Shown piece by piece: positions 54,673-62,714 of a DNA stretch of 64,000 nucleotides (positions within the stretch are counted from its first letter, which is position 1; the number at the start of each line of letters is the position of its first letter). This DNA comes from an uncultured Actinomycetes bacterium (GTDB lineage: Bacteria; Actinomycetota; UBA4738; HRBIN12), in NCBI GenBank assembly GCA_963695975.1, contig CAVOIB010000002.1, forward strand, positions 870,833-934,832, in the 5' to 3' direction. The notes beneath the pieces were generated by a model. That model did not search any database. It had not been told where the DNA came from and saw nothing but the letters and a program-made list of their open reading frames with translations. The position numbers and the translations under genes are program-made.

Positions 54673-54855
54673 TTACTCGACGAGTCGCGGGCCCTTCTTC
54701 TGCGATAGGGGGAGGGTCCGCACCCGGAACTCCTCGAGGGCATCCCTTCCGACGATCTGGCCAACGGCCTCCTCGATCCGGTCCCCGAGGGCGCGCGCAT
54801 CGCCATCCGTCTTGAACCGCAGCTCGACGGAGACGAGGACCCGTTCGCCGGTCAT
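54673..54855 (-). CDS. Small hypothetical protein (60 aa), translationally coupled to mtnP
   Basis: The ATG at 54855 forms an ATGA overlap with the mtnP stop. The sequence MTGERVLVSVELRFKTDGDARALGDRIEEAVGQIVGRDALEEFRVRTLPL has balanced, structured-looking composition. Confidence 0.5.
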   Translation of the reverse strand: MTGERVLVSVELRFKTDGDARALGDRIEEAVGQIVGRDALEEFRVRTLPLSQKKGPRLVE

Positions 54856-55646
54856 GGTTCGAAACTCGCCCCCTCGAGCGCCGTGGCGCACGGGCATCCG
54901 CGGGCCTCGGGAAGCCCCGGGATCGTCGCGAACAACAGGCCACGAAGCCTCTCGTTGTTCTCCGTGAACACGCGGACGACCTCATCGTTCGTGACCGGGG
55001 GCACGCCTTCCACGCCGACGTCATAGTCCGTGATCAGCGAGATGTTCGCGTAGCAGAGCTCGAGCTCGCGGGCGAGCACCGCCTCCGGGTACTGGGTCAT
55101 GTTGATGACCTCCCACCCCGCGGACGCGAACCACGCCGACTCCGCGCGGCTCGAGAAGCGCGGACCTTCGATCACCACGACCGTGCCGCGGTCGTGCAGC
55201 GGGATCGCCAGCTCGCGTCCGGCGGCGATCGTCACCTCCCGCATCGTCGGGCAGTAGGGATCGGCGAACGAGATGTGCGTGGTCACCGGTCCGTCGTAGA
55301 ACGTGTTCGGACGGTCGTGCGTTCGGTCGACCAGCTGATCGCAGATCACGAAGTCGCCGGGTTTCACGGTCGCCTGGAGCGAGCCGCAGGCGTTCGGACC
55401 GAGGATCCGGGCCACCCCGAGCTCCCTCATCGCCCACAGGTTCGCCTTGTAGGGGATGCGATGGGGCGGGAACTCGTGGTGCAGGCCGTGCCGCGGGATG
55501 AACGCGACGCGACGGCCCCCCACGTCGCCGACCACGGGAGGCGCGGAAGGCTTGCCGTACGGCGTGTCGACGTCGATCGTCTCGGTCGACTCCAGGAACG
55601 CGTAGAAGCCCGAGCCGCCGAAGACACCGATCTCGGCGGCCGTCAC
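54852..55646 (-). CDS. mtnP: S-methyl-5'-thioadenosine phosphorylase
   Basis: 264-aa ORF. The GTG start forms a GTGA overlap with the upstream stop. Motifs: IGVFGGSGFY, VAFIPRHGLHHEFPPHRIPYKANLWA, and TQYPE. Confidence 0.85.
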   Translation of the reverse strand: MTAAEIGVFGGSGFYAFLESTETIDVDTPYGKPSAPPVVGDVGGRRVAFIPRHGLHHEFPPHRIPYKANLWAMRELGVARILGPNACGSLQATVKPGDFVICDQLVDRTHDRPNTFYDGPVTTHISFADPYCPTMREVTIAAGRELAIPLHDRGTVVVIEGPRFSSRAESAWFASAGWEVINMTQYPEAVLARELELCYANISLITDYDVGVEGVPPVTNDEVVRVFTENNERLRGLLFATIPGLPEARGCPCATALEGASFEP

Positions 55647-56035
55647 GATGACGACCCTCCGCCGCCGCCCGACCCGCCCGAGCCGCCCGAGCCGCCCGAC
55701 CCGCCCGGGTCGCTCGAACTGCCCCGACTCGTCGCTGCCGTCTTCTCATGGGGCTTGGCTGAACCCTTCTTCTCGCCCGACGCGGCCGGCTTGTCGCTCT
55801 TCTTGCTCTCCCTGTCGCCGCTCTTCTCGGCCGTCTTCTCGGAGGCCTCCTTCGAGTTCTTCCCATGATCGGTCGCGTAGAACCCCGAGCCCTTGAACGC
55901 GATGGCGGGCGGGGCGAAGACCTTCCGAAGCTCGCCGCCGCACTCCGGACACAGGGTGAGGGCCTCGTCGCTCATGGAGTGCACGATCTCGAATGTATGG
56001 CCGCAGCTCTTGCATACGTACTCGTACGTGGGCAT
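55643..56035 (-). CDS. FmdB-family CxxC-CxxC zinc-ribbon protein with a disordered Ser/Gly/Lys-rich tail (Ruc/Rv0991c-like)
   Basis: The N-terminus MPTYEYVCKSCGHTFEIVHSMSDEALTLCPECGGELRKVF is the FmdB zinc ribbon. It is followed by about 70 low-complexity residues ending GGSGGSGGSGGSGGGGGSSS. Confidence 0.8.
   Translation of the reverse strand: MPTYEYVCKSCGHTFEIVHSMSDEALTLCPECGGELRKVFAPPAIAFKGSGFYATDHGKNSKEASEKTAEKSGDRESKKSDKPAASGEKKGSAKPHEKTAATSRGSSSDPGGSGGSGGSGGSGGGGGSSS
55670..55705. repeat. Four tandem 9-nt units CGA(C/G)CCGCC, encoding (Gly-Gly-Ser)n on the minus strand
   Basis: Read directly: CGACCCGCC CGAGCCGCC CGAGCCGCC CGACCCGCC, inside the 3' end of the zinc-ribbon gene. Confidence 0.8.
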
Positions 56036-56093
56036 GACCGATCGAGTGTAGCGGAGGCTCAGGAGCGCTCCGATCAGGGCAGATATGCACGAG

Positions 56094-56111
56094 AACCGTC
56101 GTTCGACGGTT
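56094..56111. promoter_or_regulatory. 18-nt inverted repeat AACCGTCG-TT-CGACGGTT upstream of the zinc-ribbon gene
   Basis: Read directly: 8-bp arms. It lies 59 nt upstream of the ATG at 56035 on the minus strand. A second hairpin, TCCGGA-cgatg-TCCGGA, is at 56138-56154. Confidence 0.3.
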
Positions 56112-56242
56112 ATTCCATCGGCCCTTCGGATGAGCCTTCCGGACGATGTCCGGATGGTCCGTTCGCGCTACGGTCGTTGCAGTACAGGCCACGGCGCGAT
56201 GCCCGCGGTCGCGGCCCAGGTCGGTGTACCGGGAGGAGAACT

Positions 56243-56416
56243 ATGCAGGGGTCACCGCTTCCCCGCGAGGCGCGCCGGCGGCCCGAGCTCGACCTGTTGG
56301 TCGGGCCGTTGGAGGCCGCAGCAGCCGCCGACGCGGTCCACGCAGCCGAGTCAGAGCGCACGATCGTCGAGCTCCCCGACCTGGACGACGCTTCCACGCC
56401 GATCGAAGAAGCATGA
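56243..56416 (+). CDS. Candidate small ORF (57 aa) in the 460-nt intergenic region
   Basis: The ATG at 56243 is preceded by GGGAGGAG with a 5-nt spacer. Product: MQGSPLPREARRRPELDLLVGPLEAAAAADAVHAAESERTIVELPDLDDASTPIEEA. I know of no homology, and GC-driven chance ORFs are common in this genome. Confidence 0.3.
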   Translation: MQGSPLPREARRRPELDLLVGPLEAAAAADAVHAAESERTIVELPDLDDASTPIEEA

Positions 56417-56493
56417 CGGAACGCGGCGCGTCTGGCGCACCCCGGCCCGGCCGTAGACTCGGACCCACCGTAGGTGCAGAGGATGGGACCGAG

Positions 56494-57375
56494 ATGGCGA
56501 TCAGGAAGGCCGTGATCCCCGCCGCCGGTCTCGGGACACGGTTCCTTCCCGCCACGAAGGCTCAGCCCAAGGAGATGCTCCCCGTCGTCGACACGCCGTC
56601 GATCCAATACGTGGTCGAGGAAGCGGCTCGGGCCGGGCTTACCGACATCCTCATCGTGACCGGTCGTGGCAAGCGCTCGATCGAGGACCATTTCGACCGC
56701 TCCGTCGAGCTCGAGCACTTCCTGGAAGAGAAGGGGAAGTTCGACGAGCTGAAACAGGTGCAGGAGATCGGCGACATGGCGACGATGCACTACATCCGCC
56801 AGAAGGACCCGCTGGGTCTGGGCCACGCGGTCGCCATCGCCGAGGATCACATCGGCGATGAGCCATTCGCCGTGCTCCTCGGGGACGACCTGATCCATCG
56901 ATCCCTGCCGCTGCTCACCGAGATGCTTCGCGTCCACGAGCGCTATGGCAGGAGCGTGATCGCCGTTCAGGAGGTCCCGCAGGCGGACATCAGCCACTAC
57001 GGCTCGATCGAGCCGGAGTTCGTCGAGGAACACCTCGCCCGCGTGGTGTCGATCGTGGAGAAGCCGTCGCCTGAGGAGGCTCCGTCGAACCTGGCGGCGA
57101 TCGGACGGTATGTGCTCACGCCGGACATCTTCGACGCGCTCCGTGAGACCGAGCCCGGCCGCGGGGGGGAGATCCAGCTCACCGATGCCATCAACCTCCT
57201 GGCGAAGGAGCAAGCCGTCTACGCCTACCGCTTCGACGGGGGCCGCTACGACGTGGGGAACAAGCTCGACTACCTGAAGGCGACGGTTGCGTTCGCGCTC
57301 GAACGCGAAGACGTGGGCGAACCCTTCCGGCGATACCTGATCGACCTGTTGCAGCGCGACGAACTCGCCGACTGA
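56494..57375 (+). CDS. galU: UTP--glucose-1-phosphate uridylyltransferase
   Basis: ATG at 56494 (ORF 56146..57375). Canonical N-terminus: KAVIPAAGLGTRFLPATKAQPKEMLPVVD. Later motifs: VEKP and GRYVLTPDIF. Confidence 0.9.
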   Translation: MAIRKAVIPAAGLGTRFLPATKAQPKEMLPVVDTPSIQYVVEEAARAGLTDILIVTGRGKRSIEDHFDRSVELEHFLEEKGKFDELKQVQEIGDMATMHYIRQKDPLGLGHAVAIAEDHIGDEPFAVLLGDDLIHRSLPLLTEMLRVHERYGRSVIAVQEVPQADISHYGSIEPEFVEEHLARVVSIVEKPSPEEAPSNLAAIGRYVLTPDIFDALRETEPGRGGEIQLTDAINLLAKEQAVYAYRFDGGRYDVGNKLDYLKATVAFALEREDVGEPFRRYLIDLLQRDELAD

Positions 57376-57421
57376 CGGGTCGCCCACCAGGCCCGATGAA
57401 CGCCAGGGGTAGACTCCCCAG

Positions 57422-58684
57422 ATGGTCGACACGCGACGGGTGCACGATCACGATGATGTCGCCGGGCTGGTCTCCGTCGAGGACGCTCGCGAGAAGGTCT
57501 TGTCGCAGATCCATCCATTGGCGCCGCTCCAGCTCGCGCTGACGGAGGCGTATGGCTGCGTCGCCGCGGAGGATGTGGTCGCAGAGCGCGATCTCCCCGA
57601 GTTCGCCTCGTCCGCGATGGATGGGTTCGCCGTCCGCGCCTCCGACGTGGCGGGAGCCACGCCGAGGTCCCCGATCGAGTTGAAGATCGTGGGCCGCGCG
57701 ATGATCGGGAGGCGGCCCGACGCCGTCGTCGGTGGCGGCGAGGCGGTCCGTATCGCGACCGGCGCCCCGATCCCCGCCGGTGCGGACACGATCGTGCCGG
57801 TCGAGAACGCGGAGCCCGGTGGTGAGACCGTCCAGCTCTACGATGGCCCACCCCCCGGTCAGCACATCCGGCCGGCCGGCGAGGACGTCCGGGATGGACA
57901 GGTCATCGTGACCGGCGGGAGACGACTGGGCCCACCGGAGCTGGCACTCCTCGCGAACGCGGGGTTCCCGAACCCGATGGTCCATCCACGTCCTCGCGTG
58001 ATCGTGCTCTCCACCGGCGACGAGCTGATCCCTCCGACCGAGACGCCGGAGTTCGGGCAGATCCGGGACTCGAACGCCTACTCGATCTTCGCAGCGCTCC
58101 GCGATGTGGGCGCTATGCCCGTGCTCGCCGGCATCGTCAAGGACGACGTGGACGCGCTCCGCGAAACGGTGCTCAGCTACCTGATCCAGGCCGACGCGTT
58201 CGTCTCGTCTGGCGGTGTGTCGGTCGGAGAGCGCGACGTGGTGAAGGCCGCGTTCTTCCGACGCGGCGATCTGGACTTCTACAAGGTGGCCATGCAGCCG
58301 GGCATGCCGCAGGGGTTCGGCCACATCGAAGGCAAGCCGTACTTCGGGCTTCCGGGCAATCCCGTGAGCGTGTTCGTGAGCTTCGAGGTGTTCGTTCGGC
58401 CTGCGATCCTCAAGATGATGGGCCGGACCCAGCTCTACCGGCCCGAGGTGACTGCCACCCTGACCGAGGAGGTTGCCGGCCCGAAGGGCAAGCTGCAGTT
58501 CGCGCGCGTCCGGCTGCAGCGCACCGACGACGGATGGGCCGCGACGCCTACGGGCGCGCGCGGCTCGAACCTCATCTCGACCGTGGTGCGTGCGAACGGC
58601 CTGGCGATGGTCCCGGTGGGGACCGCCGTTGCCCCGGCCGGCTCGCAGCTTCGGGTGTTGGTCTTCCGCTCGAGTGAGGATTGA
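57422..58684 (+). CDS. moeA: Molybdopterin molybdenumtransferase
   Basis: 420-aa ORF. MoeA-like segments: SAMDGFAV, IRPAGEDV, STGDEL, VSSGGVSVGERDVVK, VAMQPGMPQGFG. Confidence 0.85.
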   Translation: MVDTRRVHDHDDVAGLVSVEDAREKVLSQIHPLAPLQLALTEAYGCVAAEDVVAERDLPEFASSAMDGFAVRASDVAGATPRSPIELKIVGRAMIGRRPDAVVGGGEAVRIATGAPIPAGADTIVPVENAEPGGETVQLYDGPPPGQHIRPAGEDVRDGQVIVTGGRRLGPPELALLANAGFPNPMVHPRPRVIVLSTGDELIPPTETPEFGQIRDSNAYSIFAALRDVGAMPVLAGIVKDDVDALRETVLSYLIQADAFVSSGGVSVGERDVVKAAFFRRGDLDFYKVAMQPGMPQGFGHIEGKPYFGLPGNPVSVFVSFEVFVRPAILKMMGRTQLYRPEVTATLTEEVAGPKGKLQFARVRLQRTDDGWAATPTGARGSNLISTVVRANGLAMVPVGTAVAPAGSQLRVLVFRSSED

Positions 58685-58687
58685 CCG

Positions 58688-59137
58688 ATGGCGGATCGCG
58701 CGCGGATCGTCGAGGTGGGGGAGAAGGCCGTGACCGCCCGCGAGGCGACGGCGGAGTGTGTGCTCTCGACGACGCCGGACGCGGTCGCGCATCTCATCGC
58801 CGGGACCCGCAAGGGTAACCCGCTCGAGGCCGCGAGGATCGCCGGGGTGATGGGCGTCAAACGGACTCCTGATCTGCTCCCGTTCTGCCACCCCATCGCG
58901 ATCACCGGCGCGGAGCTCATGGTGGATCCGGATGAGGGAGCCGGCACGATCCGCGTGCAGGCGACGGTCCGCGCGAACGACCGGACCGGCGTCGAGATGG
59001 AGGCGCTCACGGCCGCCGCGGTCGCGGCCCTCAGCCTCTACGACACGACGAAGGAGTTCGATCGGGCTGCTCGGATCGACGGACTGCGATTGCTCGCCAA
59101 GTCGGGCGGGAAATCGGGTGATTACCGCACAGACTAG
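58688..59137 (+). CDS. moaC: Cyclic pyranopterin monophosphate synthase accessory protein
   Basis: 149-aa ORF beginning 3 nt after moeA. MoaC motifs: KGNPLEAARIAGVMGVKRTPDLLPFCHP and RTGVEMEALTAAAVAALSLYD. Confidence 0.9.
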   Translation: MADRARIVEVGEKAVTAREATAECVLSTTPDAVAHLIAGTRKGNPLEAARIAGVMGVKRTPDLLPFCHPIAITGAELMVDPDEGAGTIRVQATVRANDRTGVEMEALTAAAVAALSLYDTTKEFDRAARIDGLRLLAKSGGKSGDYRTD

Positions 59138-60177
59138 TCTCGGAACGGTGCCGTCATGGTGCTCGCCACTTCGATCGCGACGGCCGGCAACGCGCTCGCG
59201 CCCTCGATGTTCGCCTCGGCTCCGGAGTTCGCATTGAGTCGGTCGGCATCGATCCCGTCGGCGACCCGCCCTCGGTCGGCGTCGTACACCGGGCGCCCCG
59301 CCGCGTTGCGCTCACCGAACCATGCGCGCGCCTCGGCTGCGAGCCCGGCCCATGCGGGATCGCCGGTCGCGGCCGACAGCCGGTCGATCGAGAACAGCGT
59401 GCTCGAAACGTCGTACGGCGTGGAGCTCGCCCCGCCGAACCCTCCCTCCACCGTCGGCACCAAGAGTCGCTCGGCGCTCGCGATCGCCGTCGCCAACAGC
59501 GATGGGTCGTCGAGGATCTCCGCCGCGTCCACGAGCACACCCTCCTGCGTATGCGCCCACAGGTGGGGCACGCCTCGCTCGAAGGGTGAGTTCATCAGCA
59601 CGTCGTCGATCCGGCAGGCGGCGATCTCATCGGCCCACCGTCGGATCGCGGGAACGAGGAGGGTCTTCCCCGCGTCGCGGACCAGCCGACCCGCCATCTC
59701 CAGGTGGAGCGCGCGCACGTCCGGCGGCGCATCCTTGGTCACGGCGTGATCTAAGCCGAGGTGGAGCGCGCGCTCGGCCCGATCATCGCCGAACGTGGTC
59801 CACGCCTGGCCCACGGCGCAGAGCGCCCGCGCGTGCCAGAAGTTCTCCCCGACGCCCGACGTAAGGCCCGCTTCGTTCCGAGAGCCCTCCCAGTCGTACA
59901 CGAAGTTGAGCCATCGGCCGTCGTGCTCCTGCATCCAGAGGACGAACTCGAGCATCCCTCGGGCCCACCGCTCGACCCACGGGAGCCTGGTGACGGTCCA
60001 GACGTCGCAGAGCACACTCAGCAACCGAGCGGCGTCGTCGACGCACGCGACGCCTTCCATGCCGGACTCACGCGCCACGATCGGCTCATCGTTGGCGTCG
60101 GCGTAGACGGCGACCGCGTAGGCATCGGGACCTGCCGCGGGGAGCGGACGCGTCAGCCGGGCGAGCTGTCTCAGCAC
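59134..60177 (-). CDS. Hypothetical protein (347 aa, helical, no motif recognised), coupled to the GT4-GH130 gene
   Basis: The GTG at 60177 overlaps the upstream stop (GTGCTGA, 7-nt overlap); this is the real gene within ORF 59134..60591. It is Trp/Ala/Leu-rich and helical (WVERWARGMLEFVLWMQEHDGRWLNFVYDW). Any (alpha/alpha)-toroid resemblance is speculation. Confidence 0.6.
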   Translation of the reverse strand: MLRQLARLTRPLPAAGPDAYAVAVYADANDEPIVARESGMEGVACVDDAARLLSVLCDVWTVTRLPWVERWARGMLEFVLWMQEHDGRWLNFVYDWEGSRNEAGLTSGVGENFWHARALCAVGQAWTTFGDDRAERALHLGLDHAVTKDAPPDVRALHLEMAGRLVRDAGKTLLVPAIRRWADEIAACRIDDVLMNSPFERGVPHLWAHTQEGVLVDAAEILDDPSLLATAIASAERLLVPTVEGGFGGASSTPYDVSSTLFSIDRLSAATGDPAWAGLAAEARAWFGERNAAGRPVYDADRGRVADGIDADRLNANSGAEANIEGASALPAVAIEVASTMTAPFRD

Positions 60178-62579
60178 GGCTCGAGGTTGGCGATGATCTG
60201 TTCGACGCTGAAGTCGGCGGCGCAGATGCTCTCGTCGGCCGCGCCGTAGTACACGCGGATCCGTTCCCCGGTCTCGTCTAGCGGGACGTGGCCCGTGGGG
60301 AACACCACATCGCGGAGGAACCCATCGCGCTCGTAGTCGACCTCGGGGGCGAGCAGCGGACGGGGGGTGCGAGCAAGTACCTTGCCGGGGTCGCCCGCGT
60401 CGAGGAGCAGCGCACCCATGCCGTAGCGGTTCGCGCGGTCGGCGCCGTGGTAGATCGCGAGCCATCCGCCGTCGACCCGGAAGGGAACGCAGCTCGCGCC
60501 CACGCGGATCTCGTCCCACATGCGTTGGCGCGGCAGCGCGACCGGACGGTGATCGCCCCAGGAGATCAGGTCGTCCGAGCGCGCCATCCACATCGCGAGG
60601 ATGCGGCCGAGCGATCCCGGCATGGGCCGCGTGAGCGCCAGGTAGCTCCCGTCCACCTTCTCGGGGAACAGAACCATGTCCTTCTGGTCAGGATGCAGCA
60701 TCAGACCCTTGCGTTCGAACGTCCTGAAGTCGGTCGTGGTCATGCGGCTCGTGGTGATCCCGAGACGGCTCACCGACACGTACGTGATGTGGAAGACACC
60801 GTCGATCTCGGTGATCCGCGGATCCTCCACGCCGTATTCCTCGAGGTAGGCGGCAGGCGTGATCGTCGGTTCGGGATCGATCTCGAACGTCACGCCGTCG
60901 GCGCTCCGCGCCACGCGCAGGTGCGAGATGTTCGACAGGTAGTCGCTGAACTCCTGGTTGCCAGGCGCGAACCCGCCCGCGGTGTTCCGATAGCGGATCG
61001 TTCGAGGATCAGAGAGGTCGAGGCCGGGGAGGTCCTTCGGGACGTAGCCGATCACCACGCGTGGCGGCTCGAGATCGGTGTCGAAGAACGCCATCCCGAC
61101 CAGGCGCTCGCGAGAGACCGCGTCCGGGAGTGGCACGAGCCGTGGCTCGTCGCCGGTGAGATCGATCATCTTGGCCCCATCGGGGAGGTCCGCCGCGGGT
61201 AGTGGCCGCTCGGCCACCCGCACCAGGAGGATGATCTCGTCCCCCACCTTCGCCACGCCCGGGTTGATCGTGGAGATCACCTCGAACCCCGGTTGCGACG
61301 GCGCGATGAGGTTCGGCGTGATCAGAGGGTTCTGAGGGAGCCGCGCCGCGATCGGGACAGGGTCGCGCGCGGGGAGACCGTCTTCGTGCATCCGCTCGGG
61401 CGCCGCGTCGATCAGCTCCTGCATCGTCTGCACGAACTTCGCGCCCGTCTTCGGCCACGTGGACTCGTTCGCATACGCGTACGCGTTGGCCTCGAGCCGG
61501 TGCTTGTAGTCCGGGTCGTCGAGGATGGCGTTGATCGCCTCGGCCATCGCCTCGGGTGACCGGAACGGAACGAGCACGCCGCGGTCGTCGGCGAGGGCTT
61601 CCTTCGCGTGCAGGTATGGCGTGGAGACGACCGCCTTCCCGGCACCGAGCGCGTAGGAGAGGGTGCCGCTGGTGATCTGGTTGGGGTCGAGGTAGGGGGT
61701 GACGTAGACATCCGTGGCCAAGAGGTGATCGATGATGTCCTTCTGGCTCAGGTACTGGTTCACGAACGCCACGTGATCGGACAGGTTCAACGCGTTCACC
61801 ATCGCGATCAGCTTGTTCCGGTACTGCTCTCCTTGCCCGCGCAACAGCTCGGGATGCGTCTGGCCGGCGATCAGGTATTGCGCATGCGGATGCTTCTCGA
61901 CGACGTACGGCATCGCCTCGATGACGTACTCGAGACCCTTGCCCGGACCGACCAATCCGAATGTCGAGATGACCTGTTTATGGTCGAGGCCCATCTTCTC
62001 CTTCAGCTTCCGCCGTCCGGTCGGCTCGATGTGGGGCATCCCGTGCGGGATCACGGTGGTCGGCGTTCCGGTCACGCCGTACACGCTGTCGAGGATCCCG
62101 ACGGCGGTCTCGGCCATCACCACGAGCCGGTCGGTGGCTCCGGCGATCGACCGCACGGCCTCGCGGACGGCCGGGCTGGGCTCGGGCAGCACGGTGTGCA
62201 ACGTCACGAGCGACGGCTTGCGGAGCGCCTCGAGCATCGGTGTCAGGTGGTCGACGTAGTGCCCCTCGATCCAGCGGTCGCCCTCCCAGCTCTCGTCCCG
62301 CCACAGGCCGTAGAGCCCGAACTCGTGCTGGATGCAAACGATATCGGCGTTGGACTCGTTGATCGCGCGCGCGGCGTTCACGTACCCCTCGGGACTTCCC
62401 TGGCGGATCCGCCACCGCACGGTGTTGCCATAGGCGCGGACGACGTTCCGCTCGTCGATCGCCGCCACGCGGCACTTCGGGCGTTCGTCACCCGCTCGGA
62501 TCGCGGTGATCAGGTCCGACGTGAACGTCGCGATGCCGCACCGGCGCGGAGGATATGTGGAGACGAAAGCGATACGCAT
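60171..62579 (-). CDS. Fusion protein: N-terminal GT4 (group-1) glycosyltransferase plus C-terminal GH130-like (DUF377, beta-propeller glycosidase/phosphorylase) domain
   Basis: From ORF 60171..62615; ATG at 62579 is preferred (MRIAFVSTYPPRRCGIATFTSDL). GT4-like segments: STFGLVGPGKGLEYVIEA and LSYALGAGKAVVSTP. GH130-like segments: YGVEDPRITEIDGVFHITYVSVS, LFPEKVDGSYLALTRP, WLAIYHGAD, RVYYGAADESICAA. Confidence 0.8.
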   Translation of the reverse strand: MRIAFVSTYPPRRCGIATFTSDLITAIRAGDERPKCRVAAIDERNVVRAYGNTVRWRIRQGSPEGYVNAARAINESNADIVCIQHEFGLYGLWRDESWEGDRWIEGHYVDHLTPMLEALRKPSLVTLHTVLPEPSPAVREAVRSIAGATDRLVVMAETAVGILDSVYGVTGTPTTVIPHGMPHIEPTGRRKLKEKMGLDHKQVISTFGLVGPGKGLEYVIEAMPYVVEKHPHAQYLIAGQTHPELLRGQGEQYRNKLIAMVNALNLSDHVAFVNQYLSQKDIIDHLLATDVYVTPYLDPNQITSGTLSYALGAGKAVVSTPYLHAKEALADDRGVLVPFRSPEAMAEAINAILDDPDYKHRLEANAYAYANESTWPKTGAKFVQTMQELIDAAPERMHEDGLPARDPVPIAARLPQNPLITPNLIAPSQPGFEVISTINPGVAKVGDEIILLVRVAERPLPAADLPDGAKMIDLTGDEPRLVPLPDAVSRERLVGMAFFDTDLEPPRVVIGYVPKDLPGLDLSDPRTIRYRNTAGGFAPGNQEFSDYLSNISHLRVARSADGVTFEIDPEPTITPAAYLEEYGVEDPRITEIDGVFHITYVSVSRLGITTSRMTTTDFRTFERKGLMLHPDQKDMVLFPEKVDGSYLALTRPMPGSLGRILAMWMARSDDLISWGDHRPVALPRQRMWDEIRVGASCVPFRVDGGWLAIYHGADRANRYGMGALLLDAGDPGKVLARTPRPLLAPEVDYERDGFLRDVVFPTGHVPLDETGERIRVYYGAADESICAADFSVEQIIANLEPC

Positions 62580-62682
62580 GGCCACCAACGTTATCGTCCC
62601 GTCCGCGGGTGTCACGTAGTCAAGGGGGCCAACTGGGTCGACCTAGGGCAGAACGCGCGCTTGTGAACAAGTTTCCCTGAAT

Positions 62683-62714
62683 CACATGGATGTGCTTTCC
62701 CACACCACATGTGG
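62683..62714. promoter_or_regulatory. Two CACAT/ATGTG-type palindromes in a locally AT-richer divergent promoter region
   Basis: Read directly: CACAT-GG-ATGTG at 62683-62694 and the perfect 10-mer CCACATGTGG at 62705-62714. The surrounding 62660-62710 stretch (ttgtgaacaagtttccctgaatcacatgg...) is visibly less GC-rich than the rest of the window. Confidence 0.3.

Noticed and set aside
57191-58891. 566-aa minus-strand ORF opposite galU and moeA, together with 56110..57432
   Set aside because: They are antisense to two confidently identified genes, have no motifs, and show biased composition.
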